Of a stretch of 64,000 nucleotides of DNA, positions 20,989-30,249 are shown piece by piece. Where the stretch lies: the NCBI GenBank assembly GCA_963662285.2, contig CAXXMV010000001.1, positions 416,001-480,000 of the forward strand. Direction: 5' to 3'. The position numbers were made by a program, and so were the translations under genes. The notes under the pieces were generated by a model that saw only the letters and a program-made list of their open reading frames with translations, had not been told where the DNA came from and made no database searches. This stretch comes from a bacterium (GTDB taxonomy: Bacteria > Hinthialibacterota > Hinthialibacteria > Hinthialibacterales > Hinthialibacteraceae). Each line of letters starts with the position of its first letter. The first letter of the stretch is position 1.

Positions 20989-21008
20989 GAGGAGTTTATT
21001 TTTCAGAA

Positions 21009-21107
21009 TTAACCGTCGCTCCCCAAAGCAGTGGGCATAAGTACACCGACACCTACGACGACGAGGCCGAGTAACATCTGCTCTGAGTTGAGAATTGAAC
21101 GGTTCAT
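21009..21107 (-). CDS. ilv operon leader peptide (32 aa)
   Basis: MNRSILNSEQMLLGLVVVGVGVLMPTALGSDG: clustered Leu/Val codons, followed by a terminator; below the ORF-track cutoff. Confidence 0.8.
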   Translation of the reverse strand: MNRSILNSEQMLLGLVVVGVGVLMPTALGSDG

Positions 21108-21146
21108 CTTTAATACTTTTCCTTAAATACGGTTAAGTTGCAGAGC

Positions 21147-21174
21147 ATTATAGATTATTACTATAATCCGTCAA
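21147..21174 (-). promoter_or_regulatory. Sigma-70-type promoter of the ilv leader/operon
   Basis: TTGACG-16 nt-TATAAT on the minus strand, 40 nt upstream of the leader ATG. Confidence 0.7.
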
Positions 21175-21309
21175 GGCTGGATATGAAAATTGTATAAAAA
21201 TCTAATCTCACAATTAGCGTCATTATTCGTTTACAGTTATGATAGATATGATATTGTATGTAGAGGGTTGCCCATTTAATATCGCCAGGCAGCCCATAGG
21301 AGAATAATT

Positions 21310-21939
21310 ATGTCGGCAATTCGACCGGGAATTGCGTTATTGATGGCGGCCTGCGTCATTAGCCTTTTTGGCTTCAATGCTGCTGCGGATAAGATCAAGC
21401 CATTAAACCTGGACAAAATGACTGAAGCGGCTGGAGTTATATTCGAGGGAGAATGCATTTCTCTCCGCAGCGGCAAAGATCCCGCAACAGGACTTATGAC
21501 CACCTGGTTTACTTTCCGTATCACTCAAGGCATCAAGGGTAAACTGGATGACGAGTACGTCTTGAAGCAATATGGCGGAACCGATGGGAAAACCAAGGTC
21601 AGCACTCCCAGCGTACGCTACAGCGTGGGCGAAAAGGTCGTCCTGTTTCTCTATGGAACCAGCAGATTGGGCTTTTCCAGCGCAGTTGGTATGCAACAGG
21701 GCAAATTCACCATAAACAGCATCCCGGAAAGCAAAACGCGTTACGCCACCAATGGTATGCCCGCCATGCTTTTATACCAGGATATGGAATCGCGCCCGGT
21801 GACCTTGGATACTAAGGGACTCAAGACCACGGGCAGCGCTCAATTGCGCTCCAAGAGAATGGAACTAACCCAGTTTTTGACCGAAATCAAGCAGATCGTC
21901 AAAACGCAGGAACTGAAAAAAAAGTTGAAAGATCAATAA
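21310..21939 (+). CDS. Secreted hypothetical protein
   Basis: Signal peptide; A..IFEG.C, LKQYGG, GEKVVLFL, VGMQQGKF resemble a small beta-rich domain often found at the N-terminus of secreted proteases. Confidence 0.7.
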   Translation: MSAIRPGIALLMAACVISLFGFNAAADKIKPLNLDKMTEAAGVIFEGECISLRSGKDPATGLMTTWFTFRITQGIKGKLDDEYVLKQYGGTDGKTKVSTPSVRYSVGEKVVLFLYGTSRLGFSSAVGMQQGKFTINSIPESKTRYATNGMPAMLLYQDMESRPVTLDTKGLKTTGSAQLRSKRMELTQFLTEIKQIVKTQELKKKLKDQ

Positions 21940-21945
21940 ATCACC

Positions 21946-22512
21946 ATGAATACGGATAATACCATAAACAATCCGCCCGAACAGAATGATTCCACCAATG
22001 AATGGAGCGCCAGCCGCATCGCCGCCGTTATATTGCTGGTCGCCCTATGCAGCGCATTGGTATGGAACGCCTACCACCCCGAAGATATCTACATCAGCGA
22101 TCTTAAGTATGAGGTTTTGAAGAGCACCAAATTTGAACCGCAGAAAGATACATCGGTGGAAGGCAATCCATTATCGATCCATAAGACCTATTATCCGGCG
22201 CGGGGCCTGGGAGTTCATGCCGATTCAGAAATTCATATTCGCAGCATCCCCAACGCTTACCGCTTTTTCATGGCGGATATCGGCGTTGATAACGAAACGC
22301 CGGAAAATAGCCCGGCCTCGGTGGTGTTTGAGGTTGAATCGGACGGAACCGTCTTATACCAAAGCCCGGTTATGCGCCGAGGTATGGCGCCGCGTCTGGT
22401 GCGCGTCTGCCTGGATGGTCGCACAAGTATTACATTGAGAGTCACTGACGCTGGAGACGGCAGCGAAGGCGATCATGCAGATTGGGCCATGGCGCGCTTC
22501 ACGTCACGGTAA
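21946..22512 (+). CDS. Membrane-anchored NPCBM/NEW2 carbohydrate-binding domain protein
   Basis: One TM helix; RGLGVHADSEI, F.ADIGVD, SVVFEV..DG..LY.S, L.VTDAGDG..GDHADW. Confidence 0.88.
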   Translation: MNTDNTINNPPEQNDSTNEWSASRIAAVILLVALCSALVWNAYHPEDIYISDLKYEVLKSTKFEPQKDTSVEGNPLSIHKTYYPARGLGVHADSEIHIRSIPNAYRFFMADIGVDNETPENSPASVVFEVESDGTVLYQSPVMRRGMAPRLVRVCLDGRTSITLRVTDAGDGSEGDHADWAMARFTSR

Positions 22513-22525
22513 ACTATAATACATC

Positions 22526-23335
22526 ATGCAACCTATCATCCTGGCGCACGGTTTTCTCGGCTACCGGAATTTTCTATTCTGGTCGATGTTCGGCGGAGTG
22601 GTTGAAGCGCTCCAGGAATATGGATGCCAAGCCATCCAGCCGATTACTCATCCCACCGCGACCATCGAACAACGCTCCCGGCGCCTGATGGAACACATCA
22701 ACCGGGAATCGGGCGAAGAGACCCGGTTTCATTGGGTGGGACATAGCATGGGGGGATTGGATGGCCGCTACATCGCATCTCCTGGCGGCATGAACCTGGG
22801 TCACCGCTTTCTTTCTCTCACCACGCTTTCCACGCCTCATCATGGTTCCAGCATAGCCGCAAAGATTCCCCAGTGGGTGGAATGGCTGTTATCCCATGCA
22901 GCGGGAATCGGGCGCCATCTGATGTCCGGCGAACAACGCCAGTTTCTGGATGCGCTGGCCGAATGCAACTGGCAAGGTTTGAAGCAACTCACCCCGCAAT
23001 ATATGGAGCAGGAATTCAACCCGCGCATCACCGATCATGCTGATGTGAAATACTTATCCTACGCAGGGCTGGTCGATTACAGCAATATCAGTTTAAGCAA
23101 CCTTCCCCGCCAACCGGTATGGCGCTTCATGAAAACCAGCGAAGGCGGCAACGACTGCATGGTTTCAGTAGAATCAGCCAAGTGGGGAGAATTCAAAGGA
23201 ACTCTGCCCTGCGATCACGGCGCAATGGTCGGCCTGCACTTCATTCCCTGGGCTAAACCTAATTTCGATTACATCGCCTTCTTTGTTGCTCTGGCGCAAG
23301 AACTTGGGAAATTTGAAGACGATTTAATGTTATGA
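22526..23335 (+). CDS. Triacylglycerol lipase-like alpha/beta hydrolase
   Basis: PIILAHGFLG, GHSMGGLD (GxSxG), STPHHGS, ND.MVS..SA.WG, DH. Confidence 0.9.
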   Translation: MQPIILAHGFLGYRNFLFWSMFGGVVEALQEYGCQAIQPITHPTATIEQRSRRLMEHINRESGEETRFHWVGHSMGGLDGRYIASPGGMNLGHRFLSLTTLSTPHHGSSIAAKIPQWVEWLLSHAAGIGRHLMSGEQRQFLDALAECNWQGLKQLTPQYMEQEFNPRITDHADVKYLSYAGLVDYSNISLSNLPRQPVWRFMKTSEGGNDCMVSVESAKWGEFKGTLPCDHGAMVGLHFIPWAKPNFDYIAFFVALAQELGKFEDDLML

Positions 23336-23499
23336 ATTATTTTTTATTACATAAACGCCAGAATTCCCCCCTGCGATTATTCTTTTTTTGGATTGATGTA
23401 CTTGATGAATTGGTTTTACCGGTGGAGTTAATATTTCCCTTCAGATTTTTCGGTGTATTATGGTTATGGTTTTCCCAAAGTTTACTTGGGATTGAATTC

Positions 23500-23585
23500 A
23501 CCTCACAAACCTGGGGGGAGTTAGAGGGGGGTTGCGTTTCGCCCAATCACCCCCTCCTAACCTCCCTCAGGCTTGGGGGAGGGAT
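23500..23585. repeat. GC-rich imperfect palindromic intergenic element (CCCCTCCTAACCTCCC-type)
   Basis: GGGGGGAGTTAGAGGGGG...CCCCCTCCTAACCTCCC..GGGGGAGGG nested inverted repeats; related hairpins near 17310, 27867, 30417, 32778 and 38570. Confidence 0.55.
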
Positions 23586-23629
23586 ACATCGCTTTAATAG
23601 ACTGAATTATTACAAGATAAACAATAATC

Positions 23630-26566
23630 ATGCGAAAATTTTTATTTAAAATCATACACAACATCGTCTCCAGATATCCCCGCCTGGTGGTATTTCTCTC
23701 CTTTGCGCTGGCGGCTTTAGCTGGTTTTTATGGAACCGCCAATATGGAGATGATCACCGACCAGGATCAACTGCTATCCGAAGATTTGGCTTATCACCAT
23801 AAATATATGGAATTTATCCGCAAATTCGGCGATCTGGAGTTTCTCTATATCATCATTGAGGGAGAGACCCAAGAAAAGATGATCGGTTTCGCCGATGCGC
23901 TGGCTTCGCGTCTGGAGCGGAGCAGCGACATTGATGACATTATCTACGCTTTCGATACCCGGTGGGCTGCGGATTACGCCCTGTATTTCGACGAAGCCCC
24001 GATTAGCGACCTGCAAAAATTCCAAAGCGAACTGGATGCCAACCGGGATGATATCAAGACCTTGTTCACAACTGCATCGGTCGATGAGGCGCTGCTAAAG
24101 ATATCAACCTCGCTCAATCAGGACAACCAGCAATCAGCCGTATTCACTGAAGACGACGCCAACGGCCTGCAAAATTTAATCGACGCCCTCAGCGGCAAGC
24201 CCAATGAATCATTCAAAGACTTGCAGCGTCTCGAAAAAGGGCTGGCTGAGGAAAAGAACAGCCAAAAGAGATACAACTGGTCGGGCAGCGGCGGCTTCCT
24301 TTTGATGCTGGTTATGCCCTCCAAAGATTTTTCTACCCTCAGCGTTATCGAAGCGCCGTTGAAAAACATCCGCGCCAACATTTGGCTTACTAAACAGGAT
24401 TTTCCTGGAGTGAAAGCGGGGGTAACCGGACGACCCGCGCTGCAAGCCGATGAGATGCGCACCACCAATGAGGATATGCTCAACGCCAGTCTGCTGGCTT
24501 TGGCGGGCGTTACCATAATGTTCATCATCTTCTTCCGCGAGTTATGGCGCCCCCTTTGCGCCATCTTCGCTCTGCTGTGCGCTATGGGTTGGACTTACGG
24601 CTTCGTGGCTCTGACGCTGGGGCACCTAAACCTGCTCTCCCTGGTTTTCGCTTTGATACTTATCGGTTTAGGGGTGGATTTCGGCATCCATTTTCTGCAC
24701 CGTTATCAAGAGGAATTAAAACGTTCAGCCGATCCATCCATCGCGGTGCATAACGCCCTGCATCATGTAGGCAGCGGCATACTGACCGGCGCCACCACTT
24801 CATCAGTGGCCTTCATGCTGGCCATGATGACCGATTTTTTAGGGCTGGCCGAGTTGGGTTATGTCGCGGGAGTCGGCATCCTCTTTTGCCTGTTGGCTAT
24901 GCTGGTAACGCTTCCCGCATTGCTTATTTTTTACGATAGCCACATTCGCTGGAAAGATCATCTGCCCACGCCGGTTCATCTGCTGGGTCTACGGCATGTA
25001 TCGCGTTATCCGGGGATAATGCTGATCGTGATTATCATCATCACGACAGTTCTGGCGCCTAAGGTGTGGCAGGTTTCGTTCAACGACAATCTGCTTGACC
25101 TGCAAGCGGAGGGGCTTGAATCGGTTGAATACGAACACAAGTTGATGGATGAGTCGGAATTTTCGACATGGTACTGCGCTTTCCCAAAACGCGACCTACA
25201 ACAGGCGCGGGCCATATCAGATAAACTTAAATCCGATCCAACCGTGGCCGGAGTAGAGAGCATCGTCGACGCATTACCCCAGGCGCCGCCGGAAAAAAGC
25301 GCCCTGATTCATTCACTGCGCGATTCGCTCGACCAGATTGTCACTGATAAAGAACAAAAGTACACCCCCAATCCATTCATCTACCAAGCGCTGGTTCAGA
25401 AAGTGCAGATGCTCGACTCGCAAATACAACAAGTTGAAGAAATGCGCCGGATGCAGCAAGAGATGATGGAGAAGGCGCAACAGATGAAAGAGCGAGCCGC
25501 TGATCCATCTCAAATGTCTCCAGAGCAACGCAAAGCCATGCAAAACGATCCCCAACAGGCCGCCAGGATGCAGCAGATGGGCGAAGGTATGCAAATTCCA
25601 GAGGGCATGGAAATCCCTGAAGGAATACAGATGCCGGAGGGTATGCAGATTCCTGAAGGTATGGATATATCCCAGATGCAAGAGAACGGCGCCGGGGGGA
25701 TGCCGGAGATTCCAGAGATTCCCCCAGAGCAGATTGAACTGTTGAACCGTTTGAAGAAACTTACCGCGCTGTTGGATGATAAAGAAGAGATCGTCACCGC
25801 CCGGCTGGCCGTAGCTAACCGTGAACTACTCGAACGCCCGCGCAAGGCGCTGCGTACATTACATAAACTGACGTCGGCTGATGAACCGACTACGGATGTT
25901 CTGCCTGACCTTTTCCAAAGGTTATTCGTCGGCAAGGACGGCTCGCTGCTGGTGATGGCCTATCCCAAAGAGGATATCTGGGAAACCGAGTCGATGGAGA
26001 AATTCGTGGGCGCCATGCGCCAGATCGATCCAGAAGTGACCGGAACGCCGATTCAGGTATATGAATCCAGCCTGCTAATGCGCAACGCCTTTTCCTTTAT
26101 CGGCATCTGTTCGTTAATCGTGGTAAGCCTGCTGGTGCTGCTCGATTTCCTGAGTATGCGGGCGCTGTTTTATGTGATCATTCCGCTGCTATTAGGAGTC
26201 CTCTGGCTGGTGGAGATCATGGGATTATTCGCCATCCAATTAAATCTGGCCAATTTCTTCGCCATCCCCATCCTGATCGGCATCGGAGTTGATAACGCCG
26301 TACATTTCTTCCACCGCTATGAAGAGAATCACGACGCGGAAAAAAGCATGTACACCACCGGAACCACCCTGACCCTGACCACCCTGACCACCATAACCGG
26401 CTTCGGCAGCCTGATGTTCGCATCCCACAAGGGACTAGCCAGCCTGGGAGTATTAATGGCGCTAGGTTCAGCCACCTGCTGGTTCTCATGCGTAGTAGTA
26501 ATGCCGACGTTGATTAAACTAACCTGTCGCCATCACAAAGCCCGGATGCAGGAACGGGATGCATGA
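23630..26566 (+). CDS. MMPL/RND family transporter (HpnN-like) with Met/Gln-rich insertion
   Basis: Two RND halves, GVTGRPAL..DE, LILIGLGVDFGIH, ILIGIGVDNAVH, SHKGLASLG. Confidence 0.9.
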   Translation: MRKFLFKIIHNIVSRYPRLVVFLSFALAALAGFYGTANMEMITDQDQLLSEDLAYHHKYMEFIRKFGDLEFLYIIIEGETQEKMIGFADALASRLERSSDIDDIIYAFDTRWAADYALYFDEAPISDLQKFQSELDANRDDIKTLFTTASVDEALLKISTSLNQDNQQSAVFTEDDANGLQNLIDALSGKPNESFKDLQRLEKGLAEEKNSQKRYNWSGSGGFLLMLVMPSKDFSTLSVIEAPLKNIRANIWLTKQDFPGVKAGVTGRPALQADEMRTTNEDMLNASLLALAGVTIMFIIFFRELWRPLCAIFALLCAMGWTYGFVALTLGHLNLLSLVFALILIGLGVDFGIHFLHRYQEELKRSADPSIAVHNALHHVGSGILTGATTSSVAFMLAMMTDFLGLAELGYVAGVGILFCLLAMLVTLPALLIFYDSHIRWKDHLPTPVHLLGLRHVSRYPGIMLIVIIIITTVLAPKVWQVSFNDNLLDLQAEGLESVEYEHKLMDESEFSTWYCAFPKRDLQQARAISDKLKSDPTVAGVESIVDALPQAPPEKSALIHSLRDSLDQIVTDKEQKYTPNPFIYQALVQKVQMLDSQIQQVEEMRRMQQEMMEKAQQMKERAADPSQMSPEQRKAMQNDPQQAARMQQMGEGMQIPEGMEIPEGIQMPEGMQIPEGMDISQMQENGAGGMPEIPEIPPEQIELLNRLKKLTALLDDKEEIVTARLAVANRELLERPRKALRTLHKLTSADEPTTDVLPDLFQRLFVGKDGSLLVMAYPKEDIWETESMEKFVGAMRQIDPEVTGTPIQVYESSLLMRNAFSFIGICSLIVVSLLVLLDFLSMRALFYVIIPLLLGVLWLVEIMGLFAIQLNLANFFAIPILIGIGVDNAVHFFHRYEENHDAEKSMYTTGTTLTLTTLTTITGFGSLMFASHKGLASLGVLMALGSATCWFSCVVVMPTLIKLTCRHHKARMQERDA
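25583..25672 (+). repeat. Five degenerate in-frame 18-bp tandem repeats (EGMQIP)
   Basis: gaaggtatgcaaattcca/gagggcatggaaatccct/gaaggaatacagatgccg/gagggtatgcagattcct/gaaggtatggatatatcc. Confidence 0.85.
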
Positions 26567-26595
26567 AGTAGCAAACGCCAATGATAAAAGAATAT

Positions 26596-26809
26596 GGGCG
26601 CCAAGGGTAGCGTCCTTTCTACCCTTGACGGACAACCTTTGAGAAACGAAATCAATATCATCAGGATTAATGAATCCAATTACCGTGACGATGATCTAAA
26701 TCATGATTCTATCTTCCGCGTGAATCCTTAGTGGAAATTCTGGGAATCATAGGTGACTCAATCAAGGGCGCAAAATACACTGCCCTTGGCACCCGTGCCC
26801 TTGGCGCCC
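26596..26809. mobile_element. REPIN/MITE-like element, copy 1 (two inverted GGGYGCCAAGGG hairpins around a conserved core)
   Basis: Near-identical to 30740-30919; has a ~19-nt internal insertion and a duplicated right end. Confidence 0.75.
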
Positions 26810-27046
26810 GTATTCGTATTCATCTGTTCCTCTTTGTTTTTTTCAAATCCTTGGTGTTTGTCATATCGGGCGCCCATGCGGAGGTTTATTTTGATCAGGT
26901 GGTTGATTACCGGGGTGAGGGGATGGTTGGGAAATTGGTTTTGATGGGGGAGAGATGATGGTTAGTGGGTAGTGTGGAGTGGGGGTATTCTATTAAGGTC
27001 GGAATAATGATGGTAGGATCAAATAAAAATATTGGAGAATTGAAAA

Positions 27047-27793
27047 ATGTTAATGTATTTATTTTGGCTGGTTGTTATTGTAATTGCGGTAAGAGGGGTA
27101 TGGTGGGTATGGAAGAAAAGGGCGCCTATTAAATTGCAAGAATATTGGAAGGATAAAATAAAAGGATTTAATGAATGCTTAGAAACTAACCCTATTGTTG
27201 GAATTTTTAAAAACATAGGATATTTAGGAATTGTCTTCGCAATTATCCTTTTTGGTTGGGAGTGGAATGATAGGGATTTTCAAAGAAAAAGTCAAGCGTG
27301 GAATCTTGTTTATCTGGCTTCTGGACATGGTGGAGATGGTGGGAGAATAGAAGCGCTAGAATATCTTAAAAAAAAAGGAAGTGACTTTTCCGGGATTAAT
27401 TTATCAAAAGCAGTTCTTGATGGGATTGATTTGTCTGGCGCAATATTAAAAGGAGTGGATTTTAAATTTGCATCGCTGGTTCATGCAGATTTATCTGGCG
27501 CTAATCTTCAAAATTGTGATTTTCATTTTACTGATTTAAGTAACGCGAATTTAGAAAATGCCGATATAGAAGGAGCAAAAATTTATGTAACAAATTTAAC
27601 GGGAGTAGATCTCAAAGGAATAAATTATGGATATGATAATAAATGGATACTTCCGTTCAACGTTTACGACGTAAAAAATCCTCCAGAGGGATTTCATGAA
27701 TGGTGTAAAAAGAATGAATGTGTTGAGCATAATGCTGAAAAATGGAAAAAAATCTTTGACAAAAAAAGAAAGGCATATCAAGACCATTATTAA
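27047..27793 (+). CDS. Membrane-anchored pentapeptide repeat protein, AT-rich
   Basis: Two TM helices, then (A/x)DL/NLxx pentapeptide run (SDFSG INLSK AVLDG IDLSG AILKG ... ADLSG ANLQN). Confidence 0.88.
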   Translation: MLMYLFWLVVIVIAVRGVWWVWKKRAPIKLQEYWKDKIKGFNECLETNPIVGIFKNIGYLGIVFAIILFGWEWNDRDFQRKSQAWNLVYLASGHGGDGGRIEALEYLKKKGSDFSGINLSKAVLDGIDLSGAILKGVDFKFASLVHADLSGANLQNCDFHFTDLSNANLENADIEGAKIYVTNLTGVDLKGINYGYDNKWILPFNVYDVKNPPEGFHEWCKKNECVEHNAEKWKKIFDKKRKAYQDHY

Positions 27794-27811
27794 AAAAACA
27801 ATCAGTGGTTT

Positions 27812-27843
27812 TGATGGGCTACGCTGTCGCTTTGTCATCCTAC
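27812..27843 (-). repeat. Degenerate GTAG-type REP palindrome
   Basis: Plus strand GATGGGCTACGCTGTCGCTTTGTCATCCTAC, ending in CTAC (GTAG on the minus strand). Confidence 0.5.
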
Positions 27844-27881
27844 GGAATTAGGTTGTGTTAGATTACCTCTCACCCTAGCCC

Positions 27882-27968
27882 CAATGTCATTAAGTTAAGG
27901 AATTTCATTTTATCGTTAGTGGTTCGATCAAGGGCTGAGCGCAATGCGCTCTTGCCCTTGGCGCCCAT
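27882..27968 (-). repeat. 87-bp dispersed repeat (copy of 17201-17287), directly after the stop of 27970-30249
   Basis: Direct sequence match to 17201-17287. Confidence 0.85.
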
Positions 27969-27969
27969 G

Positions 27970-30249
27970 CTATTGAGTCTTGGACACACGAACCCCATAG
28001 TAGATGTTCCATATGACAGGGTCGTTGTAGCTACGATTCGCCGACCGCCAGTCTCCGACATCGTTGTACCAGCTACCGCCGCGAAAAACCCTTTTAGAGC
28101 CAGAATCCGCACCTACAGGGTCAATGTTTGGTGAATTGGAATAATAATTGCTATCATACCAATCCTGACACCACTCCCACACGTTGCCGCTCATGTCATA
28201 CAAGCCAAATTCATTTGGTAATTTCGTTCCTACTTCTTGAGTGTAGATATTTGATCCTGAATGGCTTGAATACCAGGCATAATCACCAATATTTCCATTT
28301 TCCCAATAATAATCTGTCGTTGTTCCCGCCCGGCAGGCATATTCCCATTCCGCTTCTGTGGGTAATCGGAATGTTCCATGATACATTTGATTCAGTTTAG
28401 TGATAAATTTCTCACAATCGTTCCATGATACGCTGTCCACAGGCAGATTATTCCCTCCAAAATGCGATGGATTGCTCCCCATCACGGCCTGCCATTGCGC
28501 TTGGGTAACCTCATATTTTCCCAGATAGAAATCTTTTGAAATTGTAACCTCATGAACTGGTTTTTCATCTGAATCTCCAGATTCACTTCCCATCATGAAA
28601 GTTCCCGCAGGTATTCGTACTAATTCCAGTGGTACATTTCCAGGCAACAGAACTGTTAATTCACTGGGGTTGTCAGGCGTCGGTGTGCTTGTTGGTGTTG
28701 GCGTACTTATGCTTGCAGGTGTATTTGTAGGTGTTATAGATGAAGGATTTAGAGCTACAGAAACACCATCTTTATATACTACCAGATCATCAACCACCAC
28801 CGATACATCAGCGCCTGGGCCGCCGAGTTGCACGAATGCGCTTATCGGGATATCGGGATTATTGGTGTTGAAATCACCGCCGATGATTAGCATTTCATCT
28901 TGTACGTCATTTATTGTCTTGATTTGGTCAGCGAATCTAAATATGCCGAGATTTTGGAAGCCGTTGGTTAAAACCAAGGCCATCATACCTCCGCCCGGCA
29001 TTGATTCCCGTTTGACGCTCACTTGACCCAACAGGCTAAATGGGAATTGGTCATAGATGCCTTGGCAGGTAGTTCCGATATTGGCGGCGATGTTGGAAGG
29101 CTCAATAGACATGCGCAAAGCAATATCGGTAATTGTTTCAAAAAATGGAATGACAGTTCCATCATCGTCATTAATATTAACCATAAGCGATTCCAAACCG
29201 CCTTCGAAATTACCATTAACTTCTAGTACGACTGGTTCAAAATCAACGATTGGCGCATAAGATTTGACCTCAATGTTATCCACCCAAACCGTAGACGATA
29301 TAGTTGAGAATGGTGAGTTCACCGCCTGAATGGCATACTGCACGTTGCCTGAAGGTGGAGCGAAAACAAGGTTGAATTTACGGTAATCATTAACCGGAAT
29401 TTCATCTCCTCTGACATTGGTATACCCGATCTGTCCATCAATCGGGCTATTCAAACCAACCAAAGCGATAGCCACATCTTTATTATCAGCACGAAAACTG
29501 CCGGATAAATGAACCAGTGACGGCATTTCAAATTCTTTGAATGAAGCAATGAAAACGCCCTGTCCCGGCGCCAGTTTTATCTCCATACCTATACCATCAG
29601 AACCCTCGCCTTCAGGTATCTCTCCAAGTTTAATCCGCCCTTGAGTATACCCCGCTGGCGCTCCTGCGGTGAGGTAATTATCTTCTAGAGTTTCGCCGTT
29701 AAGAGATGACCAAATTTCTGGTGTGGGGGTTAAGGTAGGAGTAGGCGTTGGAGTGGGAGGTATGTATGGTGTAGAACCATCAAATTCCATAATAAAACCA
29801 TATTTTCTTGTTTCTACTTGATCCGCCCAATATCCTTTATAAAAATAAGAAGGTAAATATGCTGTATTAGGTTCAATGTTAGACCAATTCGTATATTCAA
29901 ATGGTTCACCAGTAATCCATCCTCTTGTGGTTTCTCCTGGAATTTCTCCTAAACCCATCCAGGATATCTCACCATCAAGAATGGGTAAAAATGTAAGATT
30001 AATCCATTGCTGTTCTGTTTCACTTGTTACCGTGAATAAATATCCACCATGATTTTGACAATAACTTACTGCATCTATCCAGATTTTTAATTCGTTTACA
30101 TAGGTATAATAATGCCCATTATCTGGATTGAATTTCCAATCATAACCTTCAGGTAATACCGGTGTAGGCGTCGGTTGAGCTTTAACTGCATGGGTAAAAA
30201 GAAAAAGACTGACGAGAAAAACAGTGGTTAGAGTTATAGAACGTTTCAT
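27970..30249 (-). CDS. Secreted mosaic protein A: signal peptide, C-type lectin domain, conserved ~320-aa core, PT linker, FGE-sulfatase (SUMF1/CLec) domain
   Basis: NGHYY...W..A..YC...GGYL.T..S..EQ and WITGEPF.YTNW...EPN (CLECT); F.MGS, YEVTQAQW, RLPTEAEWEYACRAG, GLYDMSGNVWEW, RGGSW (FGE-sulfatase). Confidence 0.9.
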   Translation of the reverse strand: MKRSITLTTVFLVSLFLFTHAVKAQPTPTPVLPEGYDWKFNPDNGHYYTYVNELKIWIDAVSYCQNHGGYLFTVTSETEQQWINLTFLPILDGEISWMGLGEIPGETTRGWITGEPFEYTNWSNIEPNTAYLPSYFYKGYWADQVETRKYGFIMEFDGSTPYIPPTPTPTPTLTPTPEIWSSLNGETLEDNYLTAGAPAGYTQGRIKLGEIPEGEGSDGIGMEIKLAPGQGVFIASFKEFEMPSLVHLSGSFRADNKDVAIALVGLNSPIDGQIGYTNVRGDEIPVNDYRKFNLVFAPPSGNVQYAIQAVNSPFSTISSTVWVDNIEVKSYAPIVDFEPVVLEVNGNFEGGLESLMVNINDDDGTVIPFFETITDIALRMSIEPSNIAANIGTTCQGIYDQFPFSLLGQVSVKRESMPGGGMMALVLTNGFQNLGIFRFADQIKTINDVQDEMLIIGGDFNTNNPDIPISAFVQLGGPGADVSVVVDDLVVYKDGVSVALNPSSITPTNTPASISTPTPTSTPTPDNPSELTVLLPGNVPLELVRIPAGTFMMGSESGDSDEKPVHEVTISKDFYLGKYEVTQAQWQAVMGSNPSHFGGNNLPVDSVSWNDCEKFITKLNQMYHGTFRLPTEAEWEYACRAGTTTDYYWENGNIGDYAWYSSHSGSNIYTQEVGTKLPNEFGLYDMSGNVWEWCQDWYDSNYYSNSPNIDPVGADSGSKRVFRGGSWYNDVGDWRSANRSYNDPVIWNIYYGVRVSKTQ
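28765..29730. repeat. ~960-bp inverted repeat, left arm (core of protein A)
   Basis: Reverse complement of ~39273-40238, with mostly synonymous differences. Confidence 0.9.

Noticed and set aside
23332-23649. 105-aa plus-strand and 69-aa minus-strand ORFs between the lipase and MMPL genes
   Set aside because: They overlap an AT-rich spacer and a palindromic repeat, with no coding-like composition.
26880-27020. G-rich strand-biased stretch as a G-quadruplex or gene remnant
   Set aside because: G-runs are irregularly spaced and no frame gives a recognisable product; unsupported without a search.
27970-30249. Complete DGR, or a true formylglycine-generating enzyme for the sulfatase
   Set aside because: I found no reverse transcriptase, avd or template repeat in the window; the domain lacks the catalytic Cys pair after RGGSW, so it is a non-catalytic CLec-type domain.
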